Origin: a virus
IMG/VR virus record: IMGVR_UViG_3300037155_000096
Direction: 5' to 3' (one strand)
Length of the DNA stretch: 64,000 nucleotides
Below are positions 1-9,300 of this stretch, one piece after another. Position 1 is the first letter of the stretch. Each line of letters starts with the position of its first letter. Below the pieces are notes generated by a model. The model made no database searches, was not told where the DNA came from, and saw only the letters and a list, made by a program, of their open reading frames with translations. The translations under genes were made by a program, and so were the position numbers.

Positions 1-121
1 TATATCAGCATCGTGTTATCGGTGATAATCACGACATAGCCATTTTCGATAACCTCATTGACGCTCTTGCCGTCCAGATCTTCCCAGTGACTTAGCACTT
101 TGTACTGATAGCTTTTGTGTC

Positions 122-571
122 TCATTCGAACTTCTCCTTTGAACCTTCCGGCTCGATATAATTTTTACCATCATAAATAATTGCATTCTCAATGTCGCCC
201 TCACGTACAGGGCATAATATCCACTTGCTTGGATTTTCAGATTGTCGTTCAAGGCATATATCGAGCGGATAGATAATATGGTCAAACATGCCTTCAGGCA
301 GATCATCCAATGTTTTGTTCATCACCTGATAACCAATAACCGGGCGTTTTCTGAACATCGGATCGATATATTCGATGTTGAACTTCTTCAGGGCATCTTC
401 GTAATCGTCCGGATGAATGTTCTTGTTCTCGATATTGAGTTCATTCAGGAATATTTCGCTTAACTCAGCCGTCTGATCTCCATCAAGCGGTTCGCCATCC
501 CATAGAAAAGCTAAATCCCTAGCACATTGCTGTATCACCTTATACGCCTTTCGAGTGTAAAGTCCTTTCAT
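122..571 (-). CDS. Hypothetical phage protein
   Basis: 149-aa ORF, 4-nt overlap with the upstream ORF; no recognisable motif. Confidence 0.6.
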   Translation of the reverse strand: MKGLYTRKAYKVIQQCARDLAFLWDGEPLDGDQTAELSEIFLNELNIENKNIHPDDYEDALKKFNIEYIDPMFRKRPVIGYQVMNKTLDDLPEGMFDHIIYPLDICLERQSENPSKWILCPVREGDIENAIIYDGKNYIEPEGSKEKFE

Positions 572-1041
572 TTTTTCAAGTCCTTATTACGTTTCGGATA
601 GTTAAACAAACCTTTCGGCGGAGTGGAATCCCTGACTTTTTTGCCACCATTCAGGACGTACGGATCTATCATTTGAAACGTAGATTCCGTTAAATCTTTC
701 ATCGTCCTTTCATTCATAAGATATGCCATACCAAGCTCCCAATTCATTTTTGCTGAGCGTGTGGCAAGTTCAGATCTTTTAATAAACGTCATAATCTCAG
801 CGTTCTTGCATGACTGCCAGAAGCCGATGTTACCATCTTCATACAGGAAGGCGTTGATAACACCCTGAAGTGTCATCTTCTGCTTGTAATATTGCTTCAA
901 CGCCTGAAGAACTATGCAAGTCTTATCATGTGTACGATGCCACTTAAACAGGTGGGCCAGGAATAATTTCTCCTCATAGGGAAGAACCTCAAATTTCGTA
1001 GTGAATTCCGCTGGCAATTTATCTTCTGCCATAATCATCAT
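568..1041 (-). CDS. Hypothetical phage protein
   Basis: 157-aa ORF in a co-oriented cluster; no recognisable motif. Confidence 0.6.
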   Translation of the reverse strand: MMIMAEDKLPAEFTTKFEVLPYEEKLFLAHLFKWHRTHDKTCIVLQALKQYYKQKMTLQGVINAFLYEDGNIGFWQSCKNAEIMTFIKRSELATRSAKMNWELGMAYLMNERTMKDLTESTFQMIDPYVLNGGKKVRDSTPPKGLFNYPKRNKDLKK

Positions 1042-1285
1042 CCTCGTTTTCTAATACCATTGGCAGATCAGACAATAACTGTCTGTACGTTTGTTCGGAA
1101 GAAAGTCCATCTGCATAATAATTTCTTAACTGTTCGTCATTAAATTGTTCGAGATACTGAGCGCCATCGACACACTGGACATCCTCACAATATTTGAGAA
1201 CTTCCATGTACCAGTCGAGATACTTGTCGCTATCCCGCCGAAGGTTTCGTTTTTCGTTTATTTTCGCTGTTTCCATTTGTCCCAT
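1019..1285 (-). CDS. Hypothetical acidic phage protein
   Basis: 88-aa ORF in a co-oriented cluster. Confidence 0.55.
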   Translation of the reverse strand: MGQMETAKINEKRNLRRDSDKYLDWYMEVLKYCEDVQCVDGAQYLEQFNDEQLRNYYADGLSSEQTYRQLLSDLPMVLENEDDDYGRR

Positions 1286-1311
1286 AATGTATCTTATGTA
1301 AACTTACAATT

Positions 1312-1446
1312 CTATTGTGACTGCAAACACTCCCCTTCTCGCGCTACAATTTTCTCCACTTTCTTATGACCGTAAACTATCAAAGTAGCCCACGGCTCGT
1401 ACAATGTTAGTACCCGCATCTTATCCCTAAATGTTAGTACCCGCAT
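1312..1446 (-). pseudogene. Truncated ASCH-domain gene (N-terminal stump)
   Basis: Manual translation MRVLTFRDKMRVLTLYEPWATLIVYGHKKVEKIVAREGECLQSQ*. LTLYEPWATLIVYGHKKVE matches the ASCH N-terminal motif (LS/T-x-x-QPWA-x-LI-x-x-G-x-K-x-x-E); similarity stops immediately after it. Confidence 0.6.
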
Positions 1447-1456
1447 CTTATCCCTA
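1403..1456 (+). repeat. Perfect 27-bp tandem duplication (2 copies)
   Basis: aatgttagtacccgcatcttatcccta at 1403-1429 and 1430-1456; covers the RBS and start codon of the ASCH stump. Confidence 0.95.
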
Positions 1457-1535
1457 ATTGGTTATAAAATTGTTGTATGATTTACTTTCAAATCCCGTGC
1501 TAAGAAAAAATAAAGGCAGACCGGAATTTCACCAA

Positions 1536-1742
1536 TCACTTAATTTCCTTATAAAGTATCATAGCTGAGAAATACTCCCACGTACAGACTGCTCCTTTAT
1601 ATATCCCTATGGCATACTTGATATCCAATACTTCTACGATTGTCTCTTCATCGAGCCATTCCTGTACGGCATTTCCTAAGTTCTCAGCCGAAGCCATCGT
1701 AATTGTATGAATCTTAATTTCATTCGATTTCGTTGGAATCAT
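1536..1742 (-). CDS. Small protein, possibly Cse60/DUF2758-like
   Basis: IKIHT...LGNAVQEWL...VLDIKY pattern recalls this family; 68 aa. Confidence 0.4.
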   Translation of the reverse strand: MIPTKSNEIKIHTITMASAENLGNAVQEWLDEETIVEVLDIKYAIGIYKGAVCTWEYFSAMILYKEIK

Positions 1743-2218
1743 GACGGTACTTCTTTATCCTTAGCAAGTATTGGCAGTTCGACTTCCTTTACAGGAATAG
1801 AGAACTGGTTTGCCAGAAACTGTTTGAGCGAATCTACGCTTCCATCAGCCTCCATGAATTCGTCATATACCTTTTCGAAGGTTGCTTTACCAGCATCAAA
1901 ATCATTGAGAGCCTTCACTACCCTGCAATCCTTTGGCTTATGCTCCCCATGCCATAGTCGAATATAATCGATAATCTCATTGGACTGGTCTTCCTCGAAG
2001 ATAACTCCCTGATAGTTCTCGTCTCCGAGTGGCTCCCCGAAGAATCCCACCAAATCATTGGCAAATTTCTCTACTGCTTCCTTATCCGGACCTTTATACG
2101 TAGCAATGCCCTCCCCTGTCGCCAGAGAATATACATCCACTTCGTTTATTTCGCCGTCAAGAACTCTCTGAACTACGATTGTTTCATCGTTATACTTGTA
2201 ATGCGCTGAGGACATCAT
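1739..2218 (-). CDS. Hypothetical phage protein
   Basis: 159-aa ORF, 4-nt overlap with the downstream gene. Confidence 0.6.
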   Translation of the reverse strand: MMSSAHYKYNDETIVVQRVLDGEINEVDVYSLATGEGIATYKGPDKEAVEKFANDLVGFFGEPLGDENYQGVIFEEDQSNEIIDYIRLWHGEHKPKDCRVVKALNDFDAGKATFEKVYDEFMEADGSVDSLKQFLANQFSIPVKEVELPILAKDKEVPS

Positions 2219-2243
2219 GCTAATACCTTCCTTTTAATTTCAT

Positions 2244-2519
2244 TTAATCATCTACCGTGACAGCAAAATGGCTTACACTCCATCCTATCGTCTCAAACAT
2301 TTGCTTCAGTAATGATTCGATTTTACATTTTGTTGATTCATTCGTATCATCTTCCGGATCATTCATGATTTTGGTTAGGACACTAACCTCATATATCCTC
2401 TGGTTTGTGCCGTCATTCAGTGGATCTCCCGTCTCCCAGACATTATATCCTGCTATTCTATCCAGAACATCACTATCAATCTCATCGAGTTTGAAAAATG
2501 CTATTTTACCGAAAGTCAT
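2244..2519 (-). CDS. Hypothetical phage protein (start revised to MTFGKIAFF)
   Basis: The ATG at 2519 overlaps the upstream stop (ATGA, 2516-2519), so it is preferred over the track start at 2582. Confidence 0.6.
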   Translation of the reverse strand: MTFGKIAFFKLDEIDSDVLDRIAGYNVWETGDPLNDGTNQRIYEVSVLTKIMNDPEDDTNESTKCKIESLLKQMFETIGWSVSHFAVTVDD

Positions 2520-3238
2520 GATGTCGCCTTTAATTTTAGTTTTACTTTTCCGCCTACAGCCATAACTACCTGCGTCGTGCAAAGGTGTGGCTCTTTTAAT
2601 ACTATCGGGATCTCTTTATGACAGAATTCACATGGTATCGTTACTTCATCCCCGCCTTTCATATCAGGGGAAGAAATATCTTCCACACCATGAATAAAAT
2701 CAGGTACTATTTCCAAAAACTTTGCCGGAGCCTTATTCTCCATGCTTATCTTATCTCCAGCCCAATGTCCGACCAAATACATACTGGAGCCGTGGTAATC
2801 TCCGCTGCCTCTATTATTCCCACTCGCTGTTAGCAGCGGAAGCGGATGTATCTGTAATCCGTCTATTTCTGCTGGAACCGCCTCAAGATCTACGTACTCC
2901 TGTTTTGTGTGGTTCACAATGAACATGAATCCAGATATAGAAGTTGCTTTTACTTTTCTTGGTGTCTTAAATTTCCTGGCTATATGATTCAGGTTGGTCG
3001 CTTTTTCCGCAGCACGGATCTCCGCCACCGTCATGAAGGCGTCGGCATCACCATAATCGCCAGCCCAAACGAGCGGTTGCTTATACCAGCCGTGTTTCGG
3101 TCTGAGCAGAACCTCCACCGCCGCAACGAATTCATTATCGACGAACCCATGCTCCATCAGTTTACCGCCATTCTCATAATCATGCGGGAACATTGCTTCC
3201 CGTTTCTCGGGATTTACCGCTATATATGTCTGTCCCAT
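2516..3238 (-). CDS. Hypothetical phage protein
   Basis: 240-aa ORF; coupled to neighbours on both sides; C-terminal CxxC...H. Confidence 0.65.
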   Translation of the reverse strand: MGQTYIAVNPEKREAMFPHDYENGGKLMEHGFVDNEFVAAVEVLLRPKHGWYKQPLVWAGDYGDADAFMTVAEIRAAEKATNLNHIARKFKTPRKVKATSISGFMFIVNHTKQEYVDLEAVPAEIDGLQIHPLPLLTASGNNRGSGDYHGSSMYLVGHWAGDKISMENKAPAKFLEIVPDFIHGVEDISSPDMKGGDEVTIPCEFCHKEIPIVLKEPHLCTTQVVMAVGGKVKLKLKATS

Positions 3239-3372
3239 TATCTCGTCCTCTCTAATTTATCCATTAACTCTTTGGCATACTTCTCGATTTCTTCTTCAGG
3301 AACACACATTGCTTTAAGAAATGCAAGAAAGTCATCCCAACGTTCTTCAATATAAATCTTTACTAAATCCAT
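3238..3372 (-). CDS. Small hypothetical protein (44 aa, not in the ORF track)
   Basis: MDLVKIYIEERWDDFLAFLKAMCVPEEEIEKYAKELMDKLERTR*; fills the gap exactly, with a TAATG overlap at 3238. Confidence 0.6.
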   Translation of the reverse strand: MDLVKIYIEERWDDFLAFLKAMCVPEEEIEKYAKELMDKLERTR

Positions 3373-3374
3373 TA

Positions 3375-3788
3375 TTATCTCATCGGATATTCTTTATCGT
3401 ACAATTCAAACTGATACTCATTCGAGATTTTATACGCACTTTTCGTCCCCCAAAACGTTAATCTTTCGAATAGCCAGTTTATCTGCCTCTCGTTCCTGGG
3501 CAGCGGAACCTGCAGGGGACACTGAGTCGCCTTATTAAAACAGCCCTTATGGTCAATAAACAGCGTGACCGGACCTTCATCTTCTCTTTTGCCCAGGAAT
3601 CCATAGATTCCATGACCGGTAATCTTATAGCAGTCATCGCCTTCGGAGACCACATCATAGTTCGCTTTTTTGAGCATGGCCACCATCTCATCGATAGTGA
3701 CTTCTACATTCCGTTTCCTTGGTTCAAACGATTTCGGATCCAATTCAAAATCCACAGCATCCAGATCTTTGCCATTTTTATACATCAC
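3375..3788 (-). CDS. Hypothetical phage protein
   Basis: 137-aa ORF, 4-nt overlap with the HD gene. Confidence 0.6.
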   Translation of the reverse strand: MMYKNGKDLDAVDFELDPKSFEPRKRNVEVTIDEMVAMLKKANYDVVSEGDDCYKITGHGIYGFLGKREDEGPVTLFIDHKGCFNKATQCPLQVPLPRNERQINWLFERLTFWGTKSAYKISNEYQFELYDKEYPMR

Positions 3789-4309
3789 GCTGACTCCCTC
3801 ACTTCCAATTCTTTACTCATATACATATCCAGAAGCGCCCACATTTCCTGATGCAGATCTCCGAACTGCAGCATTGCCTTGAATAGCGCATACTGTTTCT
3901 TATACGAGTTGAAAAACTTCTCGTTATGAAACGCCCAACTTCTACGGACATTGGCAATTCTATCAGCAAGTTTCAGCTGAACAGCCTTCTGACATTCCGC
4001 AGTTTTGGTATACGTTCTCACCAGTGACTCCTTCTTGTCCTTTCCAGGCTCATTCGTAACTCGCCATACGATTTCAGAGACTTCATCGCCGAAATACTTG
4101 GCTATCAGCTTCCGAGTCACCTGAGTGTCCTCTACGGCGTCATGGAGCCAGGCAGCAACCAATATCGGTTCGTCCGTTACACCAAATTCGTCCAGAAGGA
4201 TCTCATAAACGTTGTTCAGATGTTCCGAGTAAGGCAACCCATCCCCGTATTTCTGTTTAGCATGGAGCATTTCTGCCACCATTTTAGCATTTTTAATATT
4301 TTCTGTCAT
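3785..4309 (-). CDS. Stand-alone RelA/SpoT-type HD-domain hydrolase (small alarmone hydrolase / Mesh1-like)
   Basis: Motifs H..QKY..G.PYSEHL, AAWLHDAVEDT and KLADRIANVR; no synthetase domain. Confidence 0.85.
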   Translation of the reverse strand: MTENIKNAKMVAEMLHAKQKYGDGLPYSEHLNNVYEILLDEFGVTDEPILVAAWLHDAVEDTQVTRKLIAKYFGDEVSEIVWRVTNEPGKDKKESLVRTYTKTAECQKAVQLKLADRIANVRRSWAFHNEKFFNSYKKQYALFKAMLQFGDLHQEMWALLDMYMSKELEVRESA

Positions 4310-5160
4310 ACTACATCCTTTGGATACTCCCGAATCTTTAGATGCTCGGGAAAATCCTCTATATTTCTAATTACTTTATCTTCCCCTGATAATTGCTTAA
4401 CGAATAGCGGCGTCTTGTTCATCTGGCAAGCCTCCCTGATGTCGTTTATCCAACTTACCGGACAATCCCTTCTCGAAGTACCAGATTCGCAGCCGACTAC
4501 CACCCAATCTATGCGCTGTAGCCCGCCGCTTCTGGGGAAATCTTTCGCCATTTTCAGACATCCACCGCACCTGCATAATGTATCGCCCAATGTTTTGGAT
4601 TGCAGGTCGATTCTGGATAACATTGGCTCAATACTTACCCACCTTAAAGCCACCGGCATCTGCATGAGTATCAGAATTCTTTTGTCTGCCATTTCCTGAT
4701 CCTCAGCCGTAACACCGAACCATAAATTCTTCATTCCGGATTTGTACCATGCTTCAAAACTTGAACTTGCAACATGCTTGGTCATCCAATCCGCCAGATA
4801 CGCATAAAACTCCAAAGCTCTCTCAGGTCTTTTCGTAAGCACCTGAAACGTATGCTTCGGACATCTTGCCATCGTAGCATACACTCTGAAAATAAATTCA
4901 AACGGGACGTCCTCGTGAAATAAATCAGACATCGAATTAACAAAAATCTTTCGTGGCTTCTGCCACCTGTAAGGGATCTCCAATTTATCGGTGTGGCACT
5001 TGACATCCGTAAATTTCCTGTCGTCCTTGCCGAACTCGCCGAGCCTTCTTTTGGCATAATTCTCTGCATAGCAGTGTTTACAGCCGGCACTTACCTTGTC
5101 GCAACCAGTAACGGGATTCCAGGAACTGTTAGTCCATGCAATTTCGCTTTTACTTCCCAT
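4306..5160 (-). CDS. DUF5131 / phage Gp37Gp68 family protein (radical-SAM-like)
   Basis: SKSEIAWTNSSWNPVTGCDKVSAGCKHCYA, IFVNSMSDLFHE, FQVLTKRPER, VSIEPML, IDWVVVGCESG. Confidence 0.9.
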   Translation of the reverse strand: MGSKSEIAWTNSSWNPVTGCDKVSAGCKHCYAENYAKRRLGEFGKDDRKFTDVKCHTDKLEIPYRWQKPRKIFVNSMSDLFHEDVPFEFIFRVYATMARCPKHTFQVLTKRPERALEFYAYLADWMTKHVASSSFEAWYKSGMKNLWFGVTAEDQEMADKRILILMQMPVALRWVSIEPMLSRIDLQSKTLGDTLCRCGGCLKMAKDFPRSGGLQRIDWVVVGCESGTSRRDCPVSWINDIREACQMNKTPLFVKQLSGEDKVIRNIEDFPEHLKIREYPKDVV

Positions 5161-5164
5161 TATT

Positions 5165-5728
5165 TTACATGCACTCCTTTATAACTTCGCTTTCAATTTC
5201 TTTCATGGATGTCCACGGAATCATGGTTTCTCCCTGCTGATCTATCAGATAAATCGGAATCTTTAATTCCTGAGCTATTCTGATTTCGCTATCAACGCCA
5301 CCCGACGTATCCCATCCTGGCATGGTTACAATAATCATTTTGCTCGATACGCTTAAATACGCCCGGCAGAAGTTCTCCCAGAACTGCCAATCAGTCGGTA
5401 GAGAATAAGCAAATGCAATCGAGTGTGCATGAGCTATCGGCGAAAATATCGTGTAGCCTTTGTTCATAAGTACCCCAGCTACTCTACTTGCGTCCATCGC
5501 TCGTTTATCCCTGACCATTGAATCCGGATCTGAGTACGGAGAGGACAAATAAATCAAGGGTTTACCGAACTCCTGTTCCAATCCTTTCAGTTTCTCTTCT
5601 TCAAACACAGGCATTATTTTTTTCTCCCCATGAAAATCTTCACGTTGTTCCATTGTAACTGAACAAATGCCACACCGCCGAGCCTTATTAAATCCAAAAG
5701 GTTCACATGGGCAAGGTGGTCCGGGCAC
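5165..5728 (-). CDS. DUF1937-like / nucleoside 2-deoxyribosyltransferase-fold protein
   Basis: IYLSSPYS, FSPIAHAH, PGWDTSGGVDSEIRIAQELKIPI; true start may be downstream (MPVFEEE). Confidence 0.75.
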   Translation of the reverse strand: MPGPPCPCEPFGFNKARRCGICSVTMEQREDFHGEKKIMPVFEEEKLKGLEQEFGKPLIYLSSPYSDPDSMVRDKRAMDASRVAGVLMNKGYTIFSPIAHAHSIAFAYSLPTDWQFWENFCRAYLSVSSKMIIVTMPGWDTSGGVDSEIRIAQELKIPIYLIDQQGETMIPWTSMKEIESEVIKECM

Positions 5729-5837
5729 AATCCGAGATAGTGCATTATCGATTCGATCATTGTCGTAACTTGATTTGTTAAAAAATATGTTATGAGGGAT
5801 AACTTACAAGAAGCGTGCTAAGATTTTTTGTGCCGTT

Positions 5838-6404
5838 TTATTCATTTCCGCCTTCAAATATCCAGATTCTATTTCCGGATGCCTCTCCCCTACTGACAAC
5901 CCATTGCGGATCTATCGTAGTGAATCGGTGCGTTTCCAAAATTCGTTTTGTTCCATGGATCTTCTCGTGCCCAATCAGGATATATTTCTTGACGTGCTTC
6001 AATATATTTTCTTCATCGACACCGTCAACCATTGAGGTACCTTCATCCGCCTTCGTTTTGTAAAGCTGCGTAACCCATGAAGCCACAACCGTCCATGGGT
6101 GATATCTTCTAACTGCATCCATAACCTCTAAATGGTCTACCTCTTGCGGATAATTGATCGTCGGCTGTCCTATCATTTTATAATAAGCTGCAATCTCAGG
6201 CTTCCTCTGAATCATGGCATCCGTCATCGGTATATTCAGAAACCTTCCAAGGTTGCCAGCTCCCGCACCTATCTCATTCGAGCGAATCGAATCCTTCAGA
6301 AGTTCCTGAAGCTGATCGATTAGTTCAACCGTCGGCAGAACCAGATGTCCTTGTTTCTTAGACGACCCATCGAAGGAATAAATATAATAAAAGTAGGTTC
6401 TATT
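5838..6404 (-). pseudogene. 5'-truncated class I SAM-dependent methyltransferase-like gene
   Basis: The frame of ORF 5838-6227 stays open upstream to a stop at 6405-6407 and encodes ...GHLVLPTVELIDQL...NEIGAGAGNLGRFL (SAM-binding motif at 6252-6275). There is no in-frame ATG upstream of 6227, and the sequence turns AT-rich at about 6375. Confidence 0.6.
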
Positions 6405-6652
6405 TTACCGACTGTTTAAATGGGGAAAAATGAATATGAGTTGGTTTATATGATAAATTTAGAGTGAAAGGAACAGCCGATGTCACAAGAATGTTCATAT
6501 TTAATCTATAACCCTTTTTATTGTCTAAGGATTGAATTTCGAAGGAATATCAGTTAACTTTATTATAATTATTGACAGTTGTTAGTAAGAATATGAGCGA
6601 CTAAGATTCCAAGTTAATTTTATTAGAGTCATATAATTGTTAATGGATAATT

Positions 6653-7297
6653 ATGAAAAAAATATTATTTAGTGTATTTCCTTTATTCTTCCTTTTTGGC
6701 TGCTCAAGTTATGTTTCAAGGTATTTTTTTAATTATGAGCAAATCGATAATTCAATAAAACATTTAGTTCAAAAAAATGAGATTTATGCAGGGTATAATC
6801 AATATTATGAAGATGATTTAATTAAACTGCACCTTGATTGTGAGCCGATGGGTATTAGGTTTTATCTAATTAACAAAACAAATAATACACTGAATATTAT
6901 ATGGGATAGCGTAAAGGTATATTCAGAATTTCTGAAAAATAAACCAGTTTCAATCATGCACACAAATAAAACTCAGGATAATATTGTAATTCCAGATCCT
7001 TCCGCATTAGATTTTATTGAAAAAAGTACTCTTATAAAATTGAGAGAAGAAGATCGTTTATCAGTTATTAAAACGTCAATTATTTTGGCAAACCACACTT
7101 GGATGGATGAGATTCAGTTCAATCAAAATGATTATTTACTTCCATATCAGTTTAGCAATAAAGATTCACTTAATTATAAATCCAATGGTGTAATTGGTAA
7201 AAAGATTAAATTATTACTGCCTTTGAAAACAAAAGAAGAAATAATCAATTATGCTTTCGTTTTTACAGTGAAAGAATTTCAAATTTTATCAAAATGA
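6653..7297 (+). CDS. Predicted lipoprotein of unknown function
   Basis: MKKILFSVFPLFFLFGC: positive N-terminus, hydrophobic core and lipobox LFGC; its stop overlaps the Argonaute start (ATGA, 7294-7297). Confidence 0.75.
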   Translation: MKKILFSVFPLFFLFGCSSYVSRYFFNYEQIDNSIKHLVQKNEIYAGYNQYYEDDLIKLHLDCEPMGIRFYLINKTNNTLNIIWDSVKVYSEFLKNKPVSIMHTNKTQDNIVIPDPSALDFIEKSTLIKLREEDRLSVIKTSIILANHTWMDEIQFNQNDYLLPYQFSNKDSLNYKSNGVIGKKIKLLLPLKTKEEIINYAFVFTVKEFQILSK

Positions 7298-9300
7298 GTG
7301 AATACAGAATCAATAAAGTCAATTTCAAAATTCTGAATCCCAAAATAAGAGTTTGGGTTTCAGGAAACCAGCTACCAGATTTTCAGAAAAGAAGAATTGA
7401 ACTTTTCAAAGAAGTGAATATTCCTGCAACTTTAAGTGAGCAGCCCTACATTTATCTATCGTTTCAATCTCATGTAGATGCTATAGAAGCAGAATTAAAT
7501 CTTGAAACAAAAAAATATTTTCTGAAACCGTATATTGATTTTCTTCTGACGAACTATTTTGAGAATAAGAATTTAACAACACGAAAAACCTTTATACAAA
7601 GCATTCAGATTTGGAATTATATTTCGCAAGACAACAAGAAAAAAACTTATGACCGCTTTTCAATAAGGCAATTGGGAACATTGCACTTGCACAAGTTGGA
7701 GTTACTCATTTCATACGATGGTAAATCACTTGTTTCAAGACTACCTTTGTCTGAAAGAGAGTTTAGATCACCTATCTCAAAATACTTTCAGGGTAATAAA
7801 ATTTATGAGACTAAAAGAACCCCAATTTCAGATACAAGTGAGGCCTTTCCTATTTTAAGTATTCCAATGCGAAAGGAAATGGATATTCCATTTGAAGGAT
7901 TCGCAACTAAGAATACATACCTTGAATATTATAAAAAAATTTCTGCCTTTTACGATATTCACTTGAAAGGGAAAACGATTGCGGACAACATCACTTTCTA
8001 TTCAGAAGCATTTGAGGAGGTTGATGAAATAAAAATAATGAGAGTAAAAAAGGTTTCTAACTACTTAAAATTTAATGGTAACAACGACTACAATATTTAT
8101 AGTGGACTGAAAAATTATGGACCTTATAAGGTACCGCAGACTGACAATCTGCGTTTCATTTTTATATACAAGGCAAATGAAATCCATCGTAAAGCAGCTA
8201 ATCAACTTTACATTGCCTTGAAGAATGGAATAAGCAATTTCCCAGGACTAAAAGATTATGTGAAAGTAAATTTTGAATTGGCACAGGAGAATAAAATTAT
8301 TCTGGAAACAAACGATCCTGCATCCGAATTAGCAGATAAACTTGAACACTATAACAAACATGAAGGATTAAAGTATTTTGCAATCTATCTTACAGACCAC
8401 AAACGATTCGAAGATTTGGAAAATAACGAAGAAGAATATTATAAAGTGAAATATTCATTGCTTCAAAAAGAAATTCTATCTCAATTTATTTATTACAAAA
8501 ATATTGACAGTTCTAGTTTTATATTTCACTTGCCCAACATTGCTGTTGCAATACTCGCTAAGTTGGGAGGTATCCCTTGGAAGTTAGATACAGTTTCTTC
8601 TGCAAAAATGATAGTTGGGTTTGGCGTGAAACGATTAGATGACAATACTTACTTAGGCAACACACTATGTTTTAAAGATGATGGAGAATTTTACAAATTT
8701 GAAACTTATCAGAGAGCAAACATTCAAACAATCGGAGAAGCACTTCGTGATAGTATCAATAATGTGATAAATCAGGAACACTTCACACCTGACAAACTGA
8801 TAATTCATTACTACAAAACTTTGAGTGATGAAGAGGCAGAGGAAATTGAAAATGTTTTGAAGGAAGTCAATTTGAACATTCCTTTTATCGTACTGACTAT
8901 AAACGACACCAAGAGCAAGGACTATTTGTTTTTTGATGTTGCTTCAAAAGATATAATGCCAGTAAGCGGAACAATAATTGAAATAAAAAATAAGACAGAA
9001 TATCTTTTGGCAAACAACGAGAGGCACAGTGAAACACAAATTTATTCAATCAGAAAATTTCCGTTCCCTCTGAAAATAAAAGTGAACAAACCAACCAACA
9101 CACTTTACGATGTGTTTGACATTAAGGAACTGATTGACCAAGTTTATAGTTTTTCAAGAATCTACTGGAAAAGTATTAACCAAGTTAGCTTACCTGTTAC
9201 GATTGCATACTCAAAAATTGTGGCTGACTTGGCAGCACATTTCCCTGAACACCGTTTGCCTGAAAAAGATATTGCTCACTCTAATCTTTGGTTTCTATGA
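7294..9300 (+). CDS. Long prokaryotic Argonaute, catalytically inactive PIWI (long-B-like)
   Basis: 668 aa; MID motif YYKVK..LL...ILSQFI; PIWI hallmark NIAVAILAKLGGIPWKL; MIVGFGV in place of IGID; KLIIHYYK in place of IIHRDG; C-terminal SRIYWKS...LPVTIAYS. Confidence 0.9.
   Translation: MSEYRINKVNFKILNPKIRVWVSGNQLPDFQKRRIELFKEVNIPATLSEQPYIYLSFQSHVDAIEAELNLETKKYFLKPYIDFLLTNYFENKNLTTRKTFIQSIQIWNYISQDNKKKTYDRFSIRQLGTLHLHKLELLISYDGKSLVSRLPLSEREFRSPISKYFQGNKIYETKRTPISDTSEAFPILSIPMRKEMDIPFEGFATKNTYLEYYKKISAFYDIHLKGKTIADNITFYSEAFEEVDEIKIMRVKKVSNYLKFNGNNDYNIYSGLKNYGPYKVPQTDNLRFIFIYKANEIHRKAANQLYIALKNGISNFPGLKDYVKVNFELAQENKIILETNDPASELADKLEHYNKHEGLKYFAIYLTDHKRFEDLENNEEEYYKVKYSLLQKEILSQFIYYKNIDSSSFIFHLPNIAVAILAKLGGIPWKLDTVSSAKMIVGFGVKRLDDNTYLGNTLCFKDDGEFYKFETYQRANIQTIGEALRDSINNVINQEHFTPDKLIIHYYKTLSDEEAEEIENVLKEVNLNIPFIVLTINDTKSKDYLFFDVASKDIMPVSGTIIEIKNKTEYLLANNERHSETQIYSIRKFPFPLKIKVNKPTNTLYDVFDIKELIDQVYSFSRIYWKSINQVSLPVTIAYSKIVADLAAHFPEHRLPEKDIAHSNLWFL

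Larger units (their letters stand above)
1..6370 (-). mobile_element. Phage/prophage accessory-gene arm (left)
   Basis: Tightly packed minus-strand small ORFs with ATGA/TAATG overlaps; DUF5131 (phage Gp37/Gp68-like), HD and NDT-like genes; GC about 47-53% in spot-counted lines. Confidence 0.75.

Noticed and set aside
1403-1456. 27-bp repeat as a CRISPR array
   Set aside because: Only two abutting copies, no spacer, and no cas genes in the window.
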